64,000 nt of DNA from an uncultured Actinomycetota bacterium (lineage in GTDB: Bacteria; Actinomycetota; Actinomycetes; Actinomycetales; Kineosporiaceae), in NCBI GenBank assembly GCA_963724535.1, contig CAVRVD010000011.1, positions 43,201 to 107,200 on the forward strand. Reading direction: 5' to 3'. Shown here piece by piece: positions 9,089 through 19,211 of the stretch. The translations under genes were made by a program, and so were the position numbers. Within the stretch, counting starts at the first letter, position 1. Each line of letters opens with the position of its first letter. The notes beneath the pieces were generated by a model that did no database searches, was not told the origin of the DNA, and worked only from the letters and a program-made list of their open reading frames with translations.

Positions 9089-10147
9089 GTGACGACGACC
9101 GTGCACGCCGGGCCGAGCCGCAGCGGCCCGGCCCTGGTCACCCGCGACCACCGGGTCGCCGCGCGGTGTCTGGTCCGCGGCGGCCTGGTCGGGCTGCCCA
9201 CCGAGACCGTGTACGGGTTGGCCGCGGATGCCGAGAACCCGTCGGCGGTGGGCCGGATCTACACGGCCAAGGGCCGCCCGGCCGACCATCCGGTGATCGT
9301 GCACGTGGCCGGTCCCGGAGCCCTCGACCCGGCGGCGGGTTGGGTCGAGCGCGTGCCGGACTACGCGCGCCGACTGGCCGACGAGCTCTGGCCGGGGCCG
9401 CTGACCCTCGTCCTGCCGCGGGCCGGGCGGGCCGGCCACTGGGTCACCGGCGGCCTGGACGGCGTCGGGCTGCGGGCACCCGACCATCACCTCGCCCAGC
9501 TGGTGCTGGCCGCGGTCGCCGACCTGACCGGACGCCGGCACCCCGGCCTGGCGGCCCCGTCGGCCAACCGGTTCGGCCGGGTCAGCCCGACCCGGGCCGA
9601 GGACGTTGTCACCGAGCTCGGCGACGTCCTGGTCGCCGGCCGGGACTGCGTGGTGGACGGCGGGGCCAGCGACGTCGGTGTGGAGTCCACGATCGTGGAC
9701 TGCACGGGTCCGGCGCCCGTGGTGCTGCGGCCGGGCTCGATCGGTCCGGACCGGCTCGAGCAAGCCGGCCGGGTCGCCCCGGCGACCCGGCCGCACCGCC
9801 CGGTGCGGGCACCCGGCACCCTGGCCGCGCACTACGCCCCGCGGGCGCGGGTGGAGCTGGCCACCGGCGTCGACCAGGTGCCCCGGCTGCTCGGCGGGCC
9901 CGGCTCGGCGGGCCTGCTGGCGCCGGCCGATGTGGCCACACCCGGCGGAGTGCTGCGGCTGTCCGCGCCGCGCGGGGCGGTCGAGTTCGCTCGGGTGTTG
10001 TACGCGGCGCTGCGCGAGGCCGACGCGTTCGGGCTGGACCGGGTGGTCGTCCTGCCCCCGGAGGACACCCGGCACCCCGATCTGGTCGCGGCGATCCGGG
10101 ACCGGTTGGCCCGGGCGGCGGTCGGCTCAGCCGGCGGGGGACGCTGA
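9089..10147 (+). CDS. tsaC: L-threonylcarbamoyladenylate synthase (TsaC/Sua5/YwlC family, long form)
   Basis: 'LVGLPTETVYGLAADAENP' and 'GRPADHPVIVHV' are YrdC-domain signatures, and a Sua5-type C-terminal domain follows. GTG at 9089 chosen; an alternative ATG lies at 8993 in the same frame. Confidence 0.7.
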   Translation: MTTTVHAGPSRSGPALVTRDHRVAARCLVRGGLVGLPTETVYGLAADAENPSAVGRIYTAKGRPADHPVIVHVAGPGALDPAAGWVERVPDYARRLADELWPGPLTLVLPRAGRAGHWVTGGLDGVGLRAPDHHLAQLVLAAVADLTGRRHPGLAAPSANRFGRVSPTRAEDVVTELGDVLVAGRDCVVDGGASDVGVESTIVDCTGPAPVVLRPGSIGPDRLEQAGRVAPATRPHRPVRAPGTLAAHYAPRARVELATGVDQVPRLLGGPGSAGLLAPADVATPGGVLRLSAPRGAVEFARVLYAALREADAFGLDRVVVLPPEDTRHPDLVAAIRDRLARAAVGSAGGGR

Positions 10148-11278
10148 CCCGACCGAGCTCGGCTTCGGCACGGGCAGGGTCGGCGCCGGGTCCGGCGGCG
10201 GCGTCGGCTTCGGCTCCGGCGTCGGGGTGGGGGCGATGCGGGTCGGCGTCGGGGTGGGGGCGATGCGGGTCGGCGTCGGCGTGGGGGTGGCGCGGGTCGG
10301 CGTCGGGGTGCGGCTGGGCGTGGCCGAGGGAGTCGCGGTCTTCGCCGGGGTCTTGGCCGGGGTCTTGGCTGGGGTCTTGGTGGGGACGACCACCCGCGGC
10401 GCGGGGTTCGCCCCGGGCGGGCGGACCGGGGCCAGCTTGACGGTGCGCTGCGCGGGCGGCGCGGCCGGGGCGGACGGCGAGGCCACCGCACCGGCCAGAC
10501 TCGGCTCCGTGGCGGCGTCCTCGACGACCGGCGCCTGCTCGGGACCGACGGGCTCGGCATCGTCCACGCCGAGCTCGACCCGAAACGCGCCAGGGTCGTT
10601 CACGCTGGTGATCACCACAGCAGCGCCGACACCCACCGCGGCGGCGACACAGGCGGCGACCAGGGCGACCCGGCTGCCGGATCGACGCCGGGACGGCAGC
10701 GGCAGCCCCGACCAGCCGGAGGAGTAGGTCTCGGCGGGTCCACCGGGCCCGCCGAGCACCCGAACCGGCGCCTGCTCGGGTGCGGAGACCGGGCCCGGAC
10801 CATCCCCGGACAGGTCCATCATCACCAGCCGCGCCCGGGGGTCGGACGGGTCGGTGACACCGCGCGGCGGCGTAGGCGCCAGGAGTGCGTCCTGGGACGG
10901 CGGGGGCGGCGGCACCGGCGCGGCAGCGGGCGACGGCGGGACGGCCATCGCCTGGGTGCGCTCGAATGCGGCGACGTCGATGGTGCGCTGCATGTCCGGT
11001 GCGGCGGGTTGGTCGGACCGGCTGCCGGCGTTGCCCAGCCGGGTGTCGGGCAGCGGCCGGGACGGTGCGGGCACGCCCTGGGCGCGGAACGGGTTGGTGG
11101 CGGTGGTGTCCTCGGCGGCGGGTCCCGACGGACCGGGGTCGGCGGCACGCCGAGCGCCGTAGGTGTCCACCACGGTTGTTCTCCCTCGTCGTCCGCCCTC
11201 GACCTGCGCCCGAGCCGTCGCCCGGACCAGGAGCCCTCTCGTGAGCCGCCCGGAGCCGGTAGCACAGGCCTGCCACAC
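10127..11278 (-). CDS. Pro/Thr-rich membrane-anchored hypothetical protein with tandem repeats
   Basis: One TM helix 'VALVAACVAAAVGVGAAVVITSV'. The C-terminus carries 'KTPA'x3 and 'PTPTRIAPT' repeats encoded by tandem DNA repeats at 10215-10385. Start uncertain. Confidence 0.4.
   Translation of the reverse strand: MWQACATGSGRLTRGLLVRATARAQVEGGRRGRTTVVDTYGARRAADPGPSGPAAEDTTATNPFRAQGVPAPSRPLPDTRLGNAGSRSDQPAAPDMQRTIDVAAFERTQAMAVPPSPAAAPVPPPPPSQDALLAPTPPRGVTDPSDPRARLVMMDLSGDGPGPVSAPEQAPVRVLGGPGGPAETYSSGWSGLPLPSRRRSGSRVALVAACVAAAVGVGAAVVITSVNDPGAFRVELGVDDAEPVGPEQAPVVEDAATEPSLAGAVASPSAPAAPPAQRTVKLAPVRPPGANPAPRVVVPTKTPAKTPAKTPAKTATPSATPSRTPTPTRATPTPTPTRIAPTPTPTRIAPTPTPEPKPTPPPDPAPTLPVPKPSSVGSASPAG
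10215..10385. repeat. imperfect about 30-bp tandem repeats (gcgatgcgggtcggcgtcggggtggggg x about 3) followed by a 12-bp repeat (ccggggtcttgg x3), coding for PT-rich repeats
   Basis: Read directly; in frame in gene 10127..11278. Confidence 0.55.
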
Positions 11279-11531
11279 GGTAGGCCACCAGCGCCGATGC
11301 CTGCGCAGACAATGCCACGCTTGGCATCCGCCAACCGGGACAAGTGCGCCCTATTGTCCGTTTTGAGGGAGAATCATCCGGGGGTTCGGCTCCTCACACC
11401 CGGGCAGTTCGGCGGATCGGCGAAGTCTGGGGCGGAACCGCCGGGAGCCTGGTGGACCGGCACTGTTGTCCGGTTTCCCACCTGGCCTCACCTGACGTCG
11501 AGACCCGGCTCGGGGACGACCGGGACCCGGC

Positions 11532-13613
11532 TCAGACCGGCTCCTCGGCAAGGGGTTCGGTGAACTGGCTGGTGTACAGGTCGTAGTAGACACCGCGGGC
11601 GGCGATCAGCTCGTCGTGGTCGCCACGCTCGACGACCCGCCCGCGGTCCATCACCAGGATCATGTCGGCGCCACGGATCGTGGACAGCCGGTGCGCAATG
11701 ACGAAGCTCGTCCGTCCGGACCGCAGCCGGTTCATCGCCTCCTGCACCAGCACCTCGGTGCGGGTGTCGACCGAGCTGGTCGCCTCGTCGAGCACCAGGA
11801 TCGGCGGGTCGGCCAGGAACGCCCGGGCGATGGTGAGCAGCTGCTTCTCACCACTGGACAGGTTGGAGGCCTCGTCGTCCAGCCGGGTCTGGTACCCCTC
11901 GGGCAGGGTGCGCACCAGGTGGTCGACGTGGGCGGCCCGGGCGGCGACCAGCAGCTGCTCGTCGGTGCCGCTACCCGTCGCGGTACCGGTCCAGACGCCG
12001 CTGGTGTCGCCGTAACGGATGTTCTCGGCGATGGTGCCGCCGAACAGCCAGGTGTCCTGCAACACCATGCCGATGTGGCGGCGCAGGTCCTCGCGAGCCA
12101 TGGTCGCGATGTCGACCCCGTCCAGCCGGATCTGCCCGCCGTCCAGCTCGTAGAACCGCATCAGCAGGTTGACCAGGGTGGTCTTGCCGGCCCCGGTCGG
12201 CCCGACGATGGCCACGGTCTGGCCGGACAGCGCCTCCAGGGACAGGTCTTCGATGAGCGGGGTGTCGGGTGAGTAGCCGAAGGCGATCCGGTCGAACTCG
12301 ACGTGCCCGCGGCCCCGCCCCGGCGGGGTGCCCGGGCCGGTGGCGGCTGCGGACGGGTCCGGCGTCTCCTCCTCCTCGTCGAGCAGCTCGAAGACCCGCT
12401 CTGCAGAGGCGATCCCGGACTGGACGAGGTTGGCCATCCCGGCCAGCTGGCTGATCGGCATGGTGAACTGCCGGGAGTACTGGATGAACGCCTGGACCTC
12501 GCCGAGGGACATCTGCCCGGAGGAGATCCGCAGGGCCCCGACGACGGCGATGCCGACGTAGCCGAGGTTGCCGATCACCGTGGTCGCCGGCATGATCACG
12601 CCACTGATGAACTGGGCCTTCACGCTGGCGGCGTACACCTGGTCGTTGGCCTCGGCGAAGGTGTCCATCGAGGCCTGGCGGCGTCCGTAGACGCTGACCA
12701 GGTCGTGACCGGAGAACATCTCTTCCACATGCCCGTTGAGCTGTCCGGTCCAGGCCCACTGAGCGGTGAACTGGGGCCGGGACCGGCGGGCGACGGCGAT
12801 CGTGACCATGATCGACAGCGGCACCGTGACCACCGCGATCAACGCGAGCAGCGGCGAGATCCAGAGCATCATGGCGAGGATGCCGAACACCGTGGCCAGC
12901 GAGGTGATCGACTGGGTCAGCGCCTGCTGCAGGCTGGTGTTGATGTTGTCGATGTCGTTGGTCACCCGGCTGAGCAGGTCGCCGCGCGGGTGGGAGTCGA
13001 AGTAGCGCAGCGAGAGCCGGCCGAGCTTGAGGTCGACCTGTTCGCGCAACCGGAAGACGGCGCGCTGGGTGACCCCGGCCATGATGTAGCCCTGCATCCA
13101 GGTGAACAGGGCGGCCAAGGCATACACCACGACCACCACTGCGAGCGCCCGGCCCAGCGCACCCAGGTCGATCCCGGCGCCGGGCACCAGGCCATCCAGC
13201 GCGGCGACCAGGTCGGCGAGGCGGTCCTGGCCGGCCGCGCGCAGGCCGGCGGCAGCCTGTTCCTGGGTGCTGCCGGCCGGTAGCTGACGACCGACCACGC
13301 CGGCGAAGATCACGTCCGTGGCGTCACCGAGGAGCTTGGGGCCGACCACGTTGAACGCCACTCCGACCAGGGCCAACGCGATGACCGTGACCAGCCGGCC
13401 CCGGTCCGGCCGGAGCAGGGCGAGCAGCCGGGTGGCAGCGCCTCGGGCGTCCTTGGGCTTGGCCACCGGCACACCGACGGCGCCGTGCGGACCGCGCATG
13501 AACCCCGGCCCGCCGCGCGGTGGGGCCGCCGGAGCGGCCGGCGACCCGGGCACCGAGCCGGCGGGTCCTCGGCCTGCGGCGGGGTGGCCGGTCGAACGGT
13601 CGGTGGTGGTCAT
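11532..13613 (-). CDS. ABC transporter ATP-binding/permease protein (type I exporter half-transporter)
   Basis: An N-terminal six-TM domain is followed by Walker A 'GPTGAGKTT', signature 'LSSGEKQLL' and Walker B 'ILVLDEATS'. 4-nt overlap with the partner gene. Confidence 0.8.
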   Translation of the reverse strand: MTTTDRSTGHPAAGRGPAGSVPGSPAAPAAPPRGGPGFMRGPHGAVGVPVAKPKDARGAATRLLALLRPDRGRLVTVIALALVGVAFNVVGPKLLGDATDVIFAGVVGRQLPAGSTQEQAAAGLRAAGQDRLADLVAALDGLVPGAGIDLGALGRALAVVVVVYALAALFTWMQGYIMAGVTQRAVFRLREQVDLKLGRLSLRYFDSHPRGDLLSRVTNDIDNINTSLQQALTQSITSLATVFGILAMMLWISPLLALIAVVTVPLSIMVTIAVARRSRPQFTAQWAWTGQLNGHVEEMFSGHDLVSVYGRRQASMDTFAEANDQVYAASVKAQFISGVIMPATTVIGNLGYVGIAVVGALRISSGQMSLGEVQAFIQYSRQFTMPISQLAGMANLVQSGIASAERVFELLDEEEETPDPSAAATGPGTPPGRGRGHVEFDRIAFGYSPDTPLIEDLSLEALSGQTVAIVGPTGAGKTTLVNLLMRFYELDGGQIRLDGVDIATMAREDLRRHIGMVLQDTWLFGGTIAENIRYGDTSGVWTGTATGSGTDEQLLVAARAAHVDHLVRTLPEGYQTRLDDEASNLSSGEKQLLTIARAFLADPPILVLDEATSSVDTRTEVLVQEAMNRLRSGRTSFVIAHRLSTIRGADMILVMDRGRVVERGDHDELIAARGVYYDLYTSQFTEPLAEEPV

Positions 13614-15394
13614 GCCGCCTCCGCCGGGTCGAGCTGCGACTCGACGATCTCGCGGTAGGTCGGACAGGTGGCCAGCAGCTCCTCATGCCGACCGACGCCG
13701 ACCACCCGGCCGCCGTCCAGGACGACGATCGAGTCGGCGCGCCGGATGGTGCTGACCCGTTGCGCGACGATCACCACCGCGGCGTCGCGGGTCTGCGGGG
13801 CCAGGGCGGCGCGCAGCCGCGCGTCGGTGCCGTAGTCGAGCGCGGAGAAGCTGTCGTCGAACAGGTACACCCGCGGACGACGCACCAGTGCCCGGGCGAT
13901 GGACAGCCGCTGGCGCTGGCCTCCGGAGAAGTTGGCGCCACCCTGCTCGACCGGCGCGGCCAGCCCCTCCGGCAGGTCCAGGATGAAGTCCTGGGCCTGG
14001 GCGGTCACCAGGGCCGCCCAGAGCTCGTCGTCGGTGGCCTCGGCCTTGCCGAACCGTAGGTTGTCGGCGACCGTGCCGCTGAACAGGAACGCCCGCTGTG
14101 GCACCAGGCCAAGATGGGACCAGAGCTCCTCGGTGGGGATCGACCGCACGTCGACCCCGTCGAACAGCACCTGCCCGGCGCTGGCGTCGTACAGCCGGGG
14201 GACCAGGTTGAGCAGCGTGGTCTTGCCCGATCCGGTGCTGCCCACGATGGCGGTGGTCTGCCCGGTACGGAACTGCACGTCGATGCCGCAGAGCACCGGC
14301 TCCTCGGCCCCGGGATAGCGGAAGTCGACGCCGCGTAGCTCGAGCACGGGAGTGCCCAGTGCGGTGCGTTCCTCGACGCCGGCAGCAGCACGGGCGCGGG
14401 CCGCCTCGGCCGGGTCGGGGTCGGTGACCGCCGGTTCGACGTCGAGGACCTCCACGATCCGGTCGGCGCTCGCGGCGGCCCGCGGCACCATGGCGATCAT
14501 CATGACCGCCATCAGCACCGAGAACAGGATCTGCATCATGTAGCTGATGAAGGCGGCCAGGGTGCCGATCTGCATCTGGCCGGCGTCGATGAGCCGGCCG
14601 CCGTAGCCGACCACGCCGACGCTGGACAGGTTGACGATGAACATCAGGGCCGGCATGGCGATCGCCAGCAGCCGGGCCACCGACTGCTGGGTGTCGGCGA
14701 GGTCGGCGTTGACGGCGGCGAAGCGCTGCTCCTCGTAGCGGGTTCGCACGAACGCCCGGATCACCCGGATGCCGGTGAGGTTCTCCCGCAGCACCTGGTT
14801 GATCGCGTCGATCTTCTTCTGCACGGCGCGGAACAGCGGGATCGCCCGGGTCATCACCAGCGCGATGACCAGGACCATCATCGGGATGATCACGACCAGC
14901 AGCAGGGACAGCCGGGCGTTCTGCCGTACGGCCATGATGATCCCGCCGACCACGGTGATCGGAGCGAGCACCATGAGGTTCAGCGCCATCAAGGTGACCA
15001 TCTGCACCTGCTGCACGTCGTTGGTGGTCCGGGTGATCAGGGATGGCGCCCCGAACTGGGTCACCTCCCGCAGCGAGAACCTCTGGACGGCGGTGAACAG
15101 CGCCGCCCGCAGGTCCCGGCCGATCGACATGCCGACCCGTGCAGACAGGTAGGTGGTGCCGATGGCGGCCACGCCGAGCACCGCCGAGATCACCAGCATC
15201 ACCCCGCCCAGGCGCCAGATGTGGGCGAGGTCGCCGGTGAGCACCCCTTCGTTGATGATGTCGGCGTAGATCGTGGGCAGCGCAAGATTGCCGATGGCCT
15301 GGCCCAGCAGCAGGACCAGGACGACGAGCACCAGCCCTCGATAGGGCGGCACGTAGGTGCGCAGCAGTCGGGTCACCAGGCCATCATCACCCAT
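13610..15394 (-). CDS. ABC transporter ATP-binding/permease protein (heterodimer partner)
   Basis: TM domain plus 'GSTGSGKTT', 'FSGGQRQRL' and 'VYLFDDSFSALD'. Forms a pair with 11532..13613. Confidence 0.8.
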   Translation of the reverse strand: MGDDGLVTRLLRTYVPPYRGLVLVVLVLLLGQAIGNLALPTIYADIINEGVLTGDLAHIWRLGGVMLVISAVLGVAAIGTTYLSARVGMSIGRDLRAALFTAVQRFSLREVTQFGAPSLITRTTNDVQQVQMVTLMALNLMVLAPITVVGGIIMAVRQNARLSLLLVVIIPMMVLVIALVMTRAIPLFRAVQKKIDAINQVLRENLTGIRVIRAFVRTRYEEQRFAAVNADLADTQQSVARLLAIAMPALMFIVNLSSVGVVGYGGRLIDAGQMQIGTLAAFISYMMQILFSVLMAVMMIAMVPRAAASADRIVEVLDVEPAVTDPDPAEAARARAAAGVEERTALGTPVLELRGVDFRYPGAEEPVLCGIDVQFRTGQTTAIVGSTGSGKTTLLNLVPRLYDASAGQVLFDGVDVRSIPTEELWSHLGLVPQRAFLFSGTVADNLRFGKAEATDDELWAALVTAQAQDFILDLPEGLAAPVEQGGANFSGGQRQRLSIARALVRRPRVYLFDDSFSALDYGTDARLRAALAPQTRDAAVVIVAQRVSTIRRADSIVVLDGGRVVGVGRHEELLATCPTYREIVESQLDPAEAA

Positions 15395-15453
15395 CGCTCC
15401 CCGGCGGATAGCTGCGCCGTGGCTTCACTCGATGCCCACCCGCGGCGGCGTCC

Positions 15454-16293
15454 TCAGGGCGTGGACGTCGCCTGGGCCAGCCGCAGGATCCGCTCGGCCT
15501 GGGCGTAGATCGGCCCGTCCACCATGCGGCCCTCGAACGTGGTCACCCCCCGGTCCCCACCGACCGCCTCGAGCAGCCGACGTGCCCAGGTGACCCGCTC
15601 GGGGGACGGGGTGAAGGCAGTGCGGATCACCGCCACCTGGTCGGGGTGGATCGCCACCTTGGCGTCGAAGCCGACTGCGACGGCGTCCTCACACTCGGCA
15701 CGCAGCCCGTCCAGGTCGGTGATGTCCAGGTAGACGGCGTCCAGCGCGGCCCTGCCGACGGCCTTGGCGGCGACCAGAGCTCGGGAGCGGGCGTACCGCG
15801 CGACGTCGCGGTAGCCGCCGTCCGGCCGTCGACTGGCGGTCCCGCCGAGACCGGCCACCAGGTCGTCCGCCCCCCACATCACCGCGACGACCCCGTCGGT
15901 GCGGGCGATCTCGGCGGCCTTCTCGATCCCCAGCGGAGTCTCCAACAAGGCGACGACGGCGTGGCCGGACAGCCGGTGCAGGTCGTCGGCGCCCTCGGTC
16001 TTGGCCAGCATCACCCGGGCGATGCCGGTCGCCTGGAGCAGCTCGGCGTCCGGCGCGTGCTCGGTGGTGTGCGCCCCGTTGACCCGCAGCACGGTGCGGT
16101 CCTGGTCGTAGGCATCCTCGGCGACCAGGTGCCGGACGGCGCGGCGCGCCTCGTCCTTGCGATCCGGCGCCACGGCGTCCTCCAGGTCGAGGACCACGAC
16201 GTCGGCCCGACCCAGCGCCTTGCGGTAGCGCTCAGGTCGGTCGGCGGGACAGAACAGCCAGGCGGGCCCGTCGGTCCAGGCATCGCCCGTCAT
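15454..16293 (-). CDS. HpcH/HpaI aldolase / citrate-lyase beta (CitE)-like CoA-ester lyase
   Basis: 279 aa. '[23 protein letters not shown]' and '[13 protein letters not shown]' are CitE-family motifs. Confidence 0.65.
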   Translation of the reverse strand: MTGDAWTDGPAWLFCPADRPERYRKALGRADVVVLDLEDAVAPDRKDEARRAVRHLVAEDAYDQDRTVLRVNGAHTTEHAPDAELLQATGIARVMLAKTEGADDLHRLSGHAVVALLETPLGIEKAAEIARTDGVVAVMWGADDLVAGLGGTASRRPDGGYRDVARYARSRALVAAKAVGRAALDAVYLDITDLDGLRAECEDAVAVGFDAKVAIHPDQVAVIRTAFTPSPERVTWARRLLEAVGGDRGVTTFEGRMVDGPIYAQAERILRLAQATSTP

Positions 16294-16784
16294 GGCGGTG
16301 CCATCCGCACCAGGGTCTTCCGCGTTGCCGTCGCGACGATCTCACCGCGTTGGTTGCGGGCCGTGTGCGCGAAGGTGACGAGGCCCTCGGCCGGCCGGCT
16401 CGAGGACGGCCGCTTGTCGAGCACGAGGGTCTCGGCGTACAGGGTGTCCCCGTGCTTGACCGGCGCCGGGAAGGTGATGTCGGTGAAGCCGAGGTTGGCC
16501 ACGATGGTGCCCTGGGTCAGCTGGGCCACGGACAGCCCGACCAGGGTGGACAGCGTGAACATCGAGTTGACCAGTCGCTCGTAGAAGGGGGGCTGGTCCT
16601 CGCTGGCCGCCCGGTCCAGGTGCAGCGGCTGGGTGTTCATGGTCAAGGTGGTGAACAACACGTTGTCGGCCTCGGTGACGGTGCGACCGGGCCGGTGCTC
16701 GTAGACGGTGTCCACCTCCATCTCCTCGAACCACAGCCCGCGCTGCACCACCCGCCGCCCAGACCGGGGAACCTCGCTCACCAT
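16290..16784 (-). CDS. MaoC-family (R)-specific enoyl-CoA hydratase, hotdog fold
   Basis: 164 aa; '...[17 protein letters not shown]...' is a hotdog-fold pattern. Overlaps the CitE gene by 4 nt. Confidence 0.6.
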   Translation of the reverse strand: MVSEVPRSGRRVVQRGLWFEEMEVDTVYEHRPGRTVTEADNVLFTTLTMNTQPLHLDRAASEDQPPFYERLVNSMFTLSTLVGLSVAQLTQGTIVANLGFTDITFPAPVKHGDTLYAETLVLDKRPSSSRPAEGLVTFAHTARNQRGEIVATATRKTLVRMAPP

Positions 16785-16856
16785 GCCCCTAACGTACGGT
16801 CAGACGGGGCCGGTTCGGCACCAGGCTGCGGCACGCGGTACGGGACGGAGGCGAGC

Positions 16857-17888
16857 ATGACGACCCTGGTCGGGCTCGACCTGGACGCGCTCACCCGCTG
16901 GCTCGATGCGCAGCACCCGGGGCTGCGCTCCGGGCCGCTGACCGCCTCGATGATCACCGGCGGGTTCTCCAACCTGACCTACCAGGTCAGCGACGGTGTC
17001 TCGCGCTGGGCGCTGCGCCGCCCCCCGCTCGGGCACACGCTGCCGACTGCGCACGACATGTCCCGCGAGTACCGGATCATCAGCGCGCTGGGGCCGACCG
17101 ACGTCCCGGTGGCGGGCGCCGTGCTGCTCTGCGAGGACACAGCCGTCCTCGGCGCGCCGTTCTACCTGATGTCGTTCGTCGACGGGGTGGTGCTGGACCG
17201 CCCGGAGGTGCTGGCCGGGTTGTCCCCACAGGCTGCCGACCGTAGCTGCCGGCAGCTGGTCGAGGTGCTGCTGCGCCTGCACGCCCTGGACGCCGAGTCG
17301 GTGGGGCTGGGCGCGCTCGGACGACCGGAGGGCTTCCTGGAACGGCAGGTCCGGCGGTGGACGACGCAGTGGCGCTCCTCGCAGACCCAGGAGCGGGCGA
17401 CGGTGTGGGAGCTCATCGACCGGCTCGCGGCCTCGGTGCCCGAGCAGTCGGCGCCGGCGATCGTGCACGGCGACTACCGGTTGACCAACGTCATCTACTC
17501 CCCCGGCGTGGACCGGGTGGCCGCGGTCGTCGACTGGGAGATGGCCACCGTCGGCGACCCGCTGACCGACGTCGGACTGCTCGTGGTCTACCAGGAGCTG
17601 TCCAACACTGGCGGCTTCGTGATGCCGAAGCTGGCACCGGAGAACGGGTTCTGGACGCCGGATCAGATCCTCGAGCGGTATGCGGGCGGCTCACCGCGGG
17701 ACATCTCGCGACTGGACTGGTACCTGGCGTTCGCCTGGTTCAAGCTCGCCGTGGTCGCCGAGGGCATCCACGCCCGGTTCCGGCAGGGCAAGACGGTGGG
17801 TCCGGGCTTCGACCGGGTCGGGGAGACCGTGCCTGGGCTGCTCGACTCGGGCCTGGCGGCGCTGGGTACCCCCCCGGGTGCGACATAG
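16857..17888 (+). CDS. phosphotransferase-family protein (APH/ChoK-like kinase, acyl-CoA-dehydrogenase-associated type)
   Basis: From an ATG inside track ORF 16350..17888. 'IVHGDYRLTNVIY' (a Brenner HGD catalytic motif) and 'VVDWEMATVGDPLTDV'. Confidence 0.65.
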   Translation: MTTLVGLDLDALTRWLDAQHPGLRSGPLTASMITGGFSNLTYQVSDGVSRWALRRPPLGHTLPTAHDMSREYRIISALGPTDVPVAGAVLLCEDTAVLGAPFYLMSFVDGVVLDRPEVLAGLSPQAADRSCRQLVEVLLRLHALDAESVGLGALGRPEGFLERQVRRWTTQWRSSQTQERATVWELIDRLAASVPEQSAPAIVHGDYRLTNVIYSPGVDRVAAVVDWEMATVGDPLTDVGLLVVYQELSNTGGFVMPKLAPENGFWTPDQILERYAGGSPRDISRLDWYLAFAWFKLAVVAEGIHARFRQGKTVGPGFDRVGETVPGLLDSGLAALGTPPGAT

Positions 17889-17920
17889 CAGATCTCGGCT
17901 CTCGAAAGGAGCTGCGTGAC

Positions 17921-19180
17921 ATGGACTTCCGGCACAGTGATCGCTCACTCGCCGTCCAGGAGACGCTTCAGGGCCTCCTCGACCAGCACGTCTACCCGGC
18001 CGAGCCGGTCTTCGAGCGCCAAGCACACCGGCTACGCGCCGCCGGGACGCCGTTCCGCACCCCGGCGGTGCTCACCGAGCTGAAGACCCAGGCGCGCCGA
18101 CAGGGGTTGTGGAACCTCTTCCTGCCGGATGCCGAGCACGGCGGCGGGCTGAGTGTGCTCGACTACGCCCCGGTCGCGGAACTGTCCGGACGGTCGCCGG
18201 CTCTGGCCCCAGAAGCAATGAACTGCGCCGCTCCGGACACCGGGAACATGGAGCTGCTGCACCTGTTCGGCACCGCAGAACAGCAGGCACGGTGGTTGGA
18301 CCCGTTGCTGGACGGGCGGATCCGGTCGTGCTTCGCCATGACTGAGCCGGACGTGGCCTCCTCCGACGCGACGAACATCTCGGCCACGGCCGACGTGGTC
18401 GGCGACCAGATCGTGCTCAACGGGCGGAAGTGGTGGTCGACCGGGGCGATGCGTCCGGAGTGCGAGATCTCGATCGTGATGGCGGTGACCGATCCGGACG
18501 GCGAGCGGCATACCCGGCACTCGATGGTCCTGGTGCCGATGGACTCCCCCGGTCTGACCGTGGAGCGCTCGACGAGCGTGTTCGGCTACGACGACGGCCC
18601 GCACGGCGGGCACGGGGTGATCCGCTACGAGGACGTCCGCCTGCCGGTGAGCTCGATCCTCGGCACCCGCGGGGGCGGGTTCGCGATGGCCCAGGCCCGG
18701 CTGGGACCGGGGCGGATCCACCATTGCATGCGCTGCATCGGGATGGCCGAACGGGCCCTGGATCTGATGTGCGCCAGGGCGTCCGGGCGGACGGCGTTCG
18801 GCCGGCCGCTGGCCCACCAGGGCGTGGTGCGCGAGTGGATCGCGCAGTCCCGGGTTCGGATCGAACAGGCCCGACTGCTCACCCTGAAGGCGGCCTGGAT
18901 GATCGACACGGTGGGCGCGAAGCAGGCCCGCACCGAGATCGCAGCGATCAAGGTGGCGGCCCCGCGGACGGCGTCCTGGGTCCTGGACAAGGCGATCCAG
19001 GTCCACGGCGGGGCCGGGGTCAGCGACGACACCCCGCTGGCGGCGATGTGGGCAGGGCTGCGGACGCTGCGGCTCGCCGACGGTCCAGACGAGGTGCACC
19101 TGCTCTCGATCGCCCGCGAAGAGCTGCGGAGGGCGAGCCCTCGCGAAGACTCGGCCGCGGGACGACGTTCGGTTCGTTGA
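17921..19180 (+). CDS. acyl-CoA dehydrogenase family protein
   Basis: 419 aa from an ATG inside track ORF 17357..19180. 'FAMTEPDVASSDATN' and 'GRKWWSTGA' are ACAD middle-domain motifs. A C-terminal helical domain ends 'QVHGGAGVSDDTPLA'. Confidence 0.7.
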   Translation: MDFRHSDRSLAVQETLQGLLDQHVYPAEPVFERQAHRLRAAGTPFRTPAVLTELKTQARRQGLWNLFLPDAEHGGGLSVLDYAPVAELSGRSPALAPEAMNCAAPDTGNMELLHLFGTAEQQARWLDPLLDGRIRSCFAMTEPDVASSDATNISATADVVGDQIVLNGRKWWSTGAMRPECEISIVMAVTDPDGERHTRHSMVLVPMDSPGLTVERSTSVFGYDDGPHGGHGVIRYEDVRLPVSSILGTRGGGFAMAQARLGPGRIHHCMRCIGMAERALDLMCARASGRTAFGRPLAHQGVVREWIAQSRVRIEQARLLTLKAAWMIDTVGAKQARTEIAAIKVAAPRTASWVLDKAIQVHGGAGVSDDTPLAAMWAGLRTLRLADGPDEVHLLSIAREELRRASPREDSAAGRRSVR

Positions 19181-19211
19181 GCAGGGCAGTCTCTGGACGG
19201 TGCGGGCTGGG

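Noticed and set aside
7097-10075. 992-aa minus-strand ORF spanning the peptidase and tsaC genes
   Set aside because: Extremely Arg/Pro/Gly-rich with no motifs. It is antisense to well-supported genes. This is the typical long spurious frame of about 70%-GC DNA.
10215-10385. Possible CRISPR array, based on direct repeats at 10215-10385, 37551-37676 and 48969-49028
   Set aside because: Repeats are contiguous with no unique spacers. They are 9-30 bp coding units in frame within genes, with no cas genes nearby. These are coding tandem repeats, not CRISPR.
16350-16856. N-terminal extensions of the kinase (16350..) and ACAD (17357..) ORFs
   Set aside because: Antisense to the MaoC gene or out of frame with the kinase. 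Conserved kinase and ACAD sequence begins at the internal ATGs at 16857 and 17921.
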